Assembly (NCBI RefSeq): GCF_009914755.1
Contig: NC_060928.1
Source of the DNA: the human T2T-CHM13v2.0 reference genome, Homo sapiens
Strand: one strand, 5' to 3'
Length of the DNA stretch: 64,000 bases
In this document: positions 58,936 to 64,000 of the stretch, piece after piece
How the letters are laid out: each line of letters starts with the position of its first letter
How positions within the stretch are numbered: position 1 is the first letter of the stretch
Notes under the pieces: model-generated
Told to the model about the DNA's origin: nothing
Databases searched by the model: none
What the model saw: the letters and a program-made list of their open reading frames with translations, nothing else
Position numbers and translations under genes: made by a program

Positions 58936-61900
58936 CAGGAATGTTTTAAATTAAATTTATAGTAAATTGGGTTTATACGAATATAAATTGCATATAATTT
59001 AAGCACGTAATTAAAATATTTTATGTTGATTTTGAATAAACTAGATAAACAAAATTAATGTTACCAACAGGAATGTATTTCTAAAATACTGCATTTTTAC
59101 ATGTTCAGAATGATTTTTAATTCATTTTGATTAGAGCAAATTGCTTACTCTCAAGAGGTTGATAGACATTAAAGATTTCCACTTTAGTGGTTTCCTGTGA
59201 CATCAGTGTTACATCTATGCAAAAATCTGTTTCCTTAGCAACAAGAAGCAAACTGTTCAAGGGAGCCAACAGAAAAAACTGAAATGTGTTTAATGTTAAA
59301 TACCAGAGCTTAATATGGATATTATATTCATATAGAATACAGTGGTGAATTTAAAGGATTTCAAATACCCCATAAACAGAATGTAAAGTACTATACTGCG
59401 TCAATACATAACAACTCAAACTCTGATTTTAGAGGTACAAAATGTAATGCGTTTCCCCTGTATAGGGAAAGTGAAACATCAGGCATATTTTACTGAAACT
59501 CTGACACTTATGATTCTCAAACCAGAGAGTTACTTTACCATCCTTGGACTATATTTCTACCTCTATAATATAAATGACATTGATTACTTTGTGTGTAATG
59601 TTCTTACAATTCTGACAGTCTATGATTTTATGATTTATGACTCTCAAGTTGATTGGTGAAGATTTGACCACATGAAACTTCTATAGATAATGTAGTATAT
59701 CCCCTTAGCCTCTAAAGTAAATGAGATTATGATAGTTATATGCTGCTAAGGTGGAGAGGCAGAGTAAGATATGCATTCTGTTTATACTTAGGTGTTTACT
59801 AGTACTTTATTGGTAGTGACTAGGGAGTTAAGGGTTAATGAAAAAAGACAACATGCACTAGTGTTTAGGCTCCATTTTGGAAAATGTTGACATATACAAT
59901 TTGAGCCAAATATTACTTCATATAAAAATCCAGGTTTCCAAAAAGGATCCCTGGAATTTGGTATTGGTAGGAGAATATTGAAATTTTAGGCAATTCTTAA
60001 GAGCTCCCTTCTCCTTGCATTGTACCCTAAGAAAGAAGAAAAATGGGGCCATGTATCTTCATTTTTCACACTGATTGTGTTCTTTGGCTTATTTAATTTT
60101 TGGGTTAATTTTTGTGTGTTTTTTCATATTTCCATAAAAGATCTAACTGGGCCTGCCTTGTATTTGTTATGGGCCTCTCACTCTTCTAGATAACAGCAAC
60201 TCCTTTAGGACTTAAACTCATCTGTAAGTACAATCATTCTCACACTATCCCACCCAACTCACAAATAAGAGTATGACCAAAGAAGAATAAAACTGGCAGG
60301 TAATGCAATACAAACATCATTTTGTGCACCATGTGTATCTCTTCTAAACTAAATACGGAAAATCTAGCCATCAAGGATAGAGGTTGAAAGTACAGATTGG
60401 GAGCAAAGCCCAGATGCTAAAAGTAGTGTGAATTTGTATTACTTTTCTCTAACGATGGTACCACTTCAAATTAACAGCAGAAAAGATTCTTAGATTTATA
60501 ACGCTGTCATAAGTATCAAATACAATAATGCTTGATTAGCATAATGCATGGTACTTTAGACTCATTCAGTTCATGTTAAATATCATTATTTTTACTATAA
60601 TCAAACTAATCCAGTGATAATCATTATAATTGCAAAGCACTAACATAAATAAGGTATACTTTGACTTTGTGAATTAGCAAACAAGGGATGTGGTAGGTAC
60701 CAAAAAGCCCTTAGTCTTTACAAATTTACCTCCAAATCTATCTAGCAAGTAATTGGCATTTCAGTATTTGATATTGAAGCTATTGGTCCTTGGGACATTT
60801 ATTTGTTTACCTTATTTCTGGAGTCTCTACTGTTGAACTCTGTCTCAGGAGCACTAATCCCACATGAATAAGTTTTCTTAAAAACCTTATAATATTGCCT
60901 GCTATAAACCAAGAATGTTCACTAGGCATTCAAAGATAACGATATTGAATGCTGTGAATTGAGAATGAAAAGAAAGTTGCATAGCGGGGAAAAAAGTCAT
61001 CAATTCCCTAAAGCTCTAGGACAGGTGACCACAAAGAAACAAAATTGTCATCCAGAAAAAAATGGCACTAAGCTAGAGATAACTACACAGACAGAGATTC
61101 ATTTATCCTACACTTTTGTAATGTCGTCTTTTAGACACAATGAATCAGACAGCATTGGGAAGTAGAGAGTAAGTAGAAGGCTTTTTTTCTAGTAAGTAGA
61201 GAGCATAATTTCCTTTCAGAGAAAATACCTCAGGTTTTGCAATAAAGCACTCTTCTGCCTGAAATCTCCTAAATGTGACCTAAGGAAGTCATATTCCTCA
61301 AATAATTTTACAGGTGTCCTTTATGAGTACAATAGTGCCAATAATAACAGAATTCACAGTTCTCACCATGTGGTTAGAGAGAATAAGAAAAGTAACCTCT
61401 CTAAGATTTTTCACTAACAAAACTCTCTATTATTGAGCACTAGTTGGATATTTCCTGAAAGTGGGGGACTATGCCAGATGATTTCTTGGAATCACTTCAA
61501 GATCTAAAATATGGAAATTGATGTTGACAGTCATTACAAAATGTAAAGAAAAATAAACATATTGAAATATACTATTGAAAAGTAAAACTGCCCTATCTAC
61601 TAGAAATATAGATGTGATCCAATAGTTTGGCCAGCCAAATTATTTGATTTAAGTTAGATATAAATGAGGGTAGAAGCACGATTTAAAAAATATTAACAGA
61701 GATAAAGTGACTTTGAAAGTAAAAAGAAAAAAAATTTTTGGTTCAATAACATTTCATCACTGAGGTCAGCTTCGTCTTGAAGTTGCATGAGACTTGGTGT
61801 CTGTTGAGTTGTAGGCTGGGATTAGATGTGATAAAGGTGGCTGAAAGGAATTTGCCTAAAGTTCTAGCTGGGAGGGATTTCTATGTACAGAAAAAAAAAA

Positions 61901-62182
61901 CACAGGAATTTTCAACTAGTAGATAGAGAAGAATTAGGATAAGCTTTACCAACATCTCATATTTGAGGATAGGCATGGTAAATGGCAGTCATGTGGCTAC
62001 ATGTAGAAGATTCCCCACAATCAAACAAGTTAAATAGCTAGGTCTTCTAAAACCTAATTTGTTCCTAAATCCAAAACAAGCATGGCCATTTTGGTGACAA
62101 ACATAGTGAAAGACTGGTGCCCAGCCTTAAAGATTTGCTCATAGATATTAAATTGCAAAATTTAAATCTTAGAAATAGAGGA

Positions 62183-62760
62183 TGTGGTGGGCAATATTAG
62201 CAGTCAACTAGATTCAACTGAGGGATGACTAGATGACAGGCAAAGTATTATTTCTGGGTGTGTTTGTGAGGGTATTGATAAAGGAGACTGACATTTGAGT
62301 TGGTGGACTGGGAGAGGAAGACCCACCCTCAGTGTGCGTGGGCAACATCCAATAGGCTGCCAGTATGGCTAGAACAAGGCAGGTGAAAGAAGGTGGAATT
62401 AGGTTGCTTGCTGAGTCTTCTGGTTCTCTCTCTCTCTTTTTTTTTCCACGCCGAATGCTTGCTTCCATTCCTCCTCTCCTTGGACATCAGACTCCAGATT
62501 CTTTGGCCTTTGGACTCCAGGACTTGCACCTGTGGCTTCCTAGGGGTTCTCAGGCCTTTGGCTGCAATGTTGGTTTCCCTGGTTTTGACACTTTGCACTT
62601 GGACTAAACCATCAGCAACTTCTCTATTTCCCTGCTTGCAGATGGTCTATCATGGGACTTCACCTTGTAATTGTGTGAGACAATTCTCCTTAATAAACTC
62701 CTTTCTATATACACATGTATACTATCGGTTCTGTCCCTTTGGAGAACCTTGTCTAAGACA
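62183..62760 (+). mobile_element. MLT2B-like (HERV-L) solo LTR
   Basis: TG...CA termini; perfect 5-bp TSD GAGGA (62178-62182, 62761-62765); ggactgggagaggaagacccaccctca; AATAAA near 62692. Confidence 0.92.
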
Positions 62761-62774
62761 GAGGATTAAAGAAT

Positions 62775-63103
62775 TTTTTTGTTATTTTTTAATAGATACA
62801 CAGTAGGGTGTTGCTCTGACAACCAGGCTGGAGTGCAGTGGCTTAATTGTAGGTCCCTGGAGGCTCAGTCTCCTGGGCTAAAGTGATCCTCTTTCGTCAG
62901 CCTCTGGAGTTGTTGGGATTATAGGCACACACCACCACACCTGGCTAATTTCTTATTTTTTTCTTTTCTTTCTTTTTTTTTTTTTTTGAGATGGGATTTC
63001 ACTATATTGCCCAGACTGGTATCAACTTCCTGGTCTAAAGCAATCCTCCCACCTCAGCCTCTTAAAGTGCTGGGATAGCAGTCATGAGCCACTGTGCCCA
63101 GGC
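62775..63103 (-). mobile_element. AluJ
   Basis: Diverged dimer with an expanded middle T tract. Confidence 0.92.
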
Positions 63104-63361
63104 TAATAAAAGATTTTGGAAATCAATGTATTCAGAACCAGACCTCCAGCAGCAGCAGGAGGTAGAGTAAACTAACTCTAGATCTGACCGCCCCAGGATG
63201 AGATTGTCATAAGTGAAGATAGTGTCAAGGCATTAGTTAAAGCAACTGAAGCCTCAGATAATGCTCTAGAACCAGCATGTAAACTGGAAGTCTCAGAATT
63301 TTTTTTATATAAATCTCTGGCTCTATAGACTAGACCAAATGCAAAAAAGTTCGTTGAAATC

Positions 63362-64000
63362 AGCTTTTTCTTTTATTTCCATAGGTTTTTGGTGAATAGG
63401 TGGTATTTGGTTCCATGAGTAAGGTTTTCAGTGGTGATTTGTCAGATTTTGGTGAACCTATCTCCAGAGCAGAATACAATGAACCCAATTTGTGCTTCTT
63501 TATCCCTCCACCCCTTCCCACACTTTCCCCCGGAGTCCCCAAAGTCCACTGTGTCATTCTTACGCCTTTGCATTCTCATAGCTTAGCTCCCACTTATGAG
63601 TGAGAACATACATGTTTGGTTTTCCATTCCTGAGTTACTTCACTTAGAATAATAGTCTCCAATCCTATTCAGATTATTGCAAATGCCATTAATTCATCCC
63701 TTTTTACTGCTGAGTAGTATTTTGTCATATATATATATATATGCCACAATTTCATTATCCATTCGTCGATTGATGGACATTTGGGTTGGTTCCACATTTT
63801 TGCAATTGTGAATTGTGAGCTATAAACATGCATGAGCAAGTATCTTTTTTGAATAATTACTTCTTTTCCTCTGGATAGATATCCAGTAGTGGGGTTGCTG
63901 GATAAAATGGTAGTTCCACTTTTAGTTCTTTAGGGAATCTCCACACTGTTTTCCATAGTGGTTGTACTAGTTTACATTCCCACCAGCAGTGTAGAAGTGT
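63362..64000 (-). mobile_element. L1PB1-like 3' end, continuing beyond the window
   Basis: tttatttccataggtttttggtgaataggtggtatttggttccatgagtaag; similar to 42975-43610. Confidence 0.92.

Noticed and set aside
62229-62806. Cluster of ORFs up to 137 aa
   Set aside because: Essentially within the MLT2 LTR.

Overview
AT-rich, CpG-poor primate genomic DNA, probably human or great ape given the L1PA2-type, L1PA3-type and AluY copies. It looks like gene desert or deep intron. Well over half of the window is interspersed repeat: L1s of many ages (a near full-length minus-strand L1PB, a 4.2 kb L1PA3 with TSD, an L1PA2 3' end, a twin-primed L1PA, and L1MA/MB/MC/ME relics), about 8 Alus, ERV1/ERVL/MaLR solo LTRs, MER33 and MER47-like DNA transposons, and MIR/L2/L3 relics. 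Every ORF with recognisable protein is a LINE remnant. I see no host protein-coding gene, rRNA, tRNA or CRISPR array, and nothing I can honestly call a new biological system. Three things stand out. (1) A 258-bp, about 96% identical inverted duplication inserted into an MLT1 LTR, with a second 19-bp templated filler; several smaller fold-back or templated-insertion scars occur elsewhere. (2) A well-spaced TATA+Inr promoter candidate with TCF/LEF and SOX motifs near 41.8 kb, plus several plus-strand exon candidates including a 9-nt microexon-like unit. (3) L1 integration oddities: twin priming, a candidate 3' transduction, a ~50-bp nested L1 and an internal 115-bp duplication. Repeat subfamily names come from my recall of consensus sequences and need RepeatMasker/Dfam confirmation.
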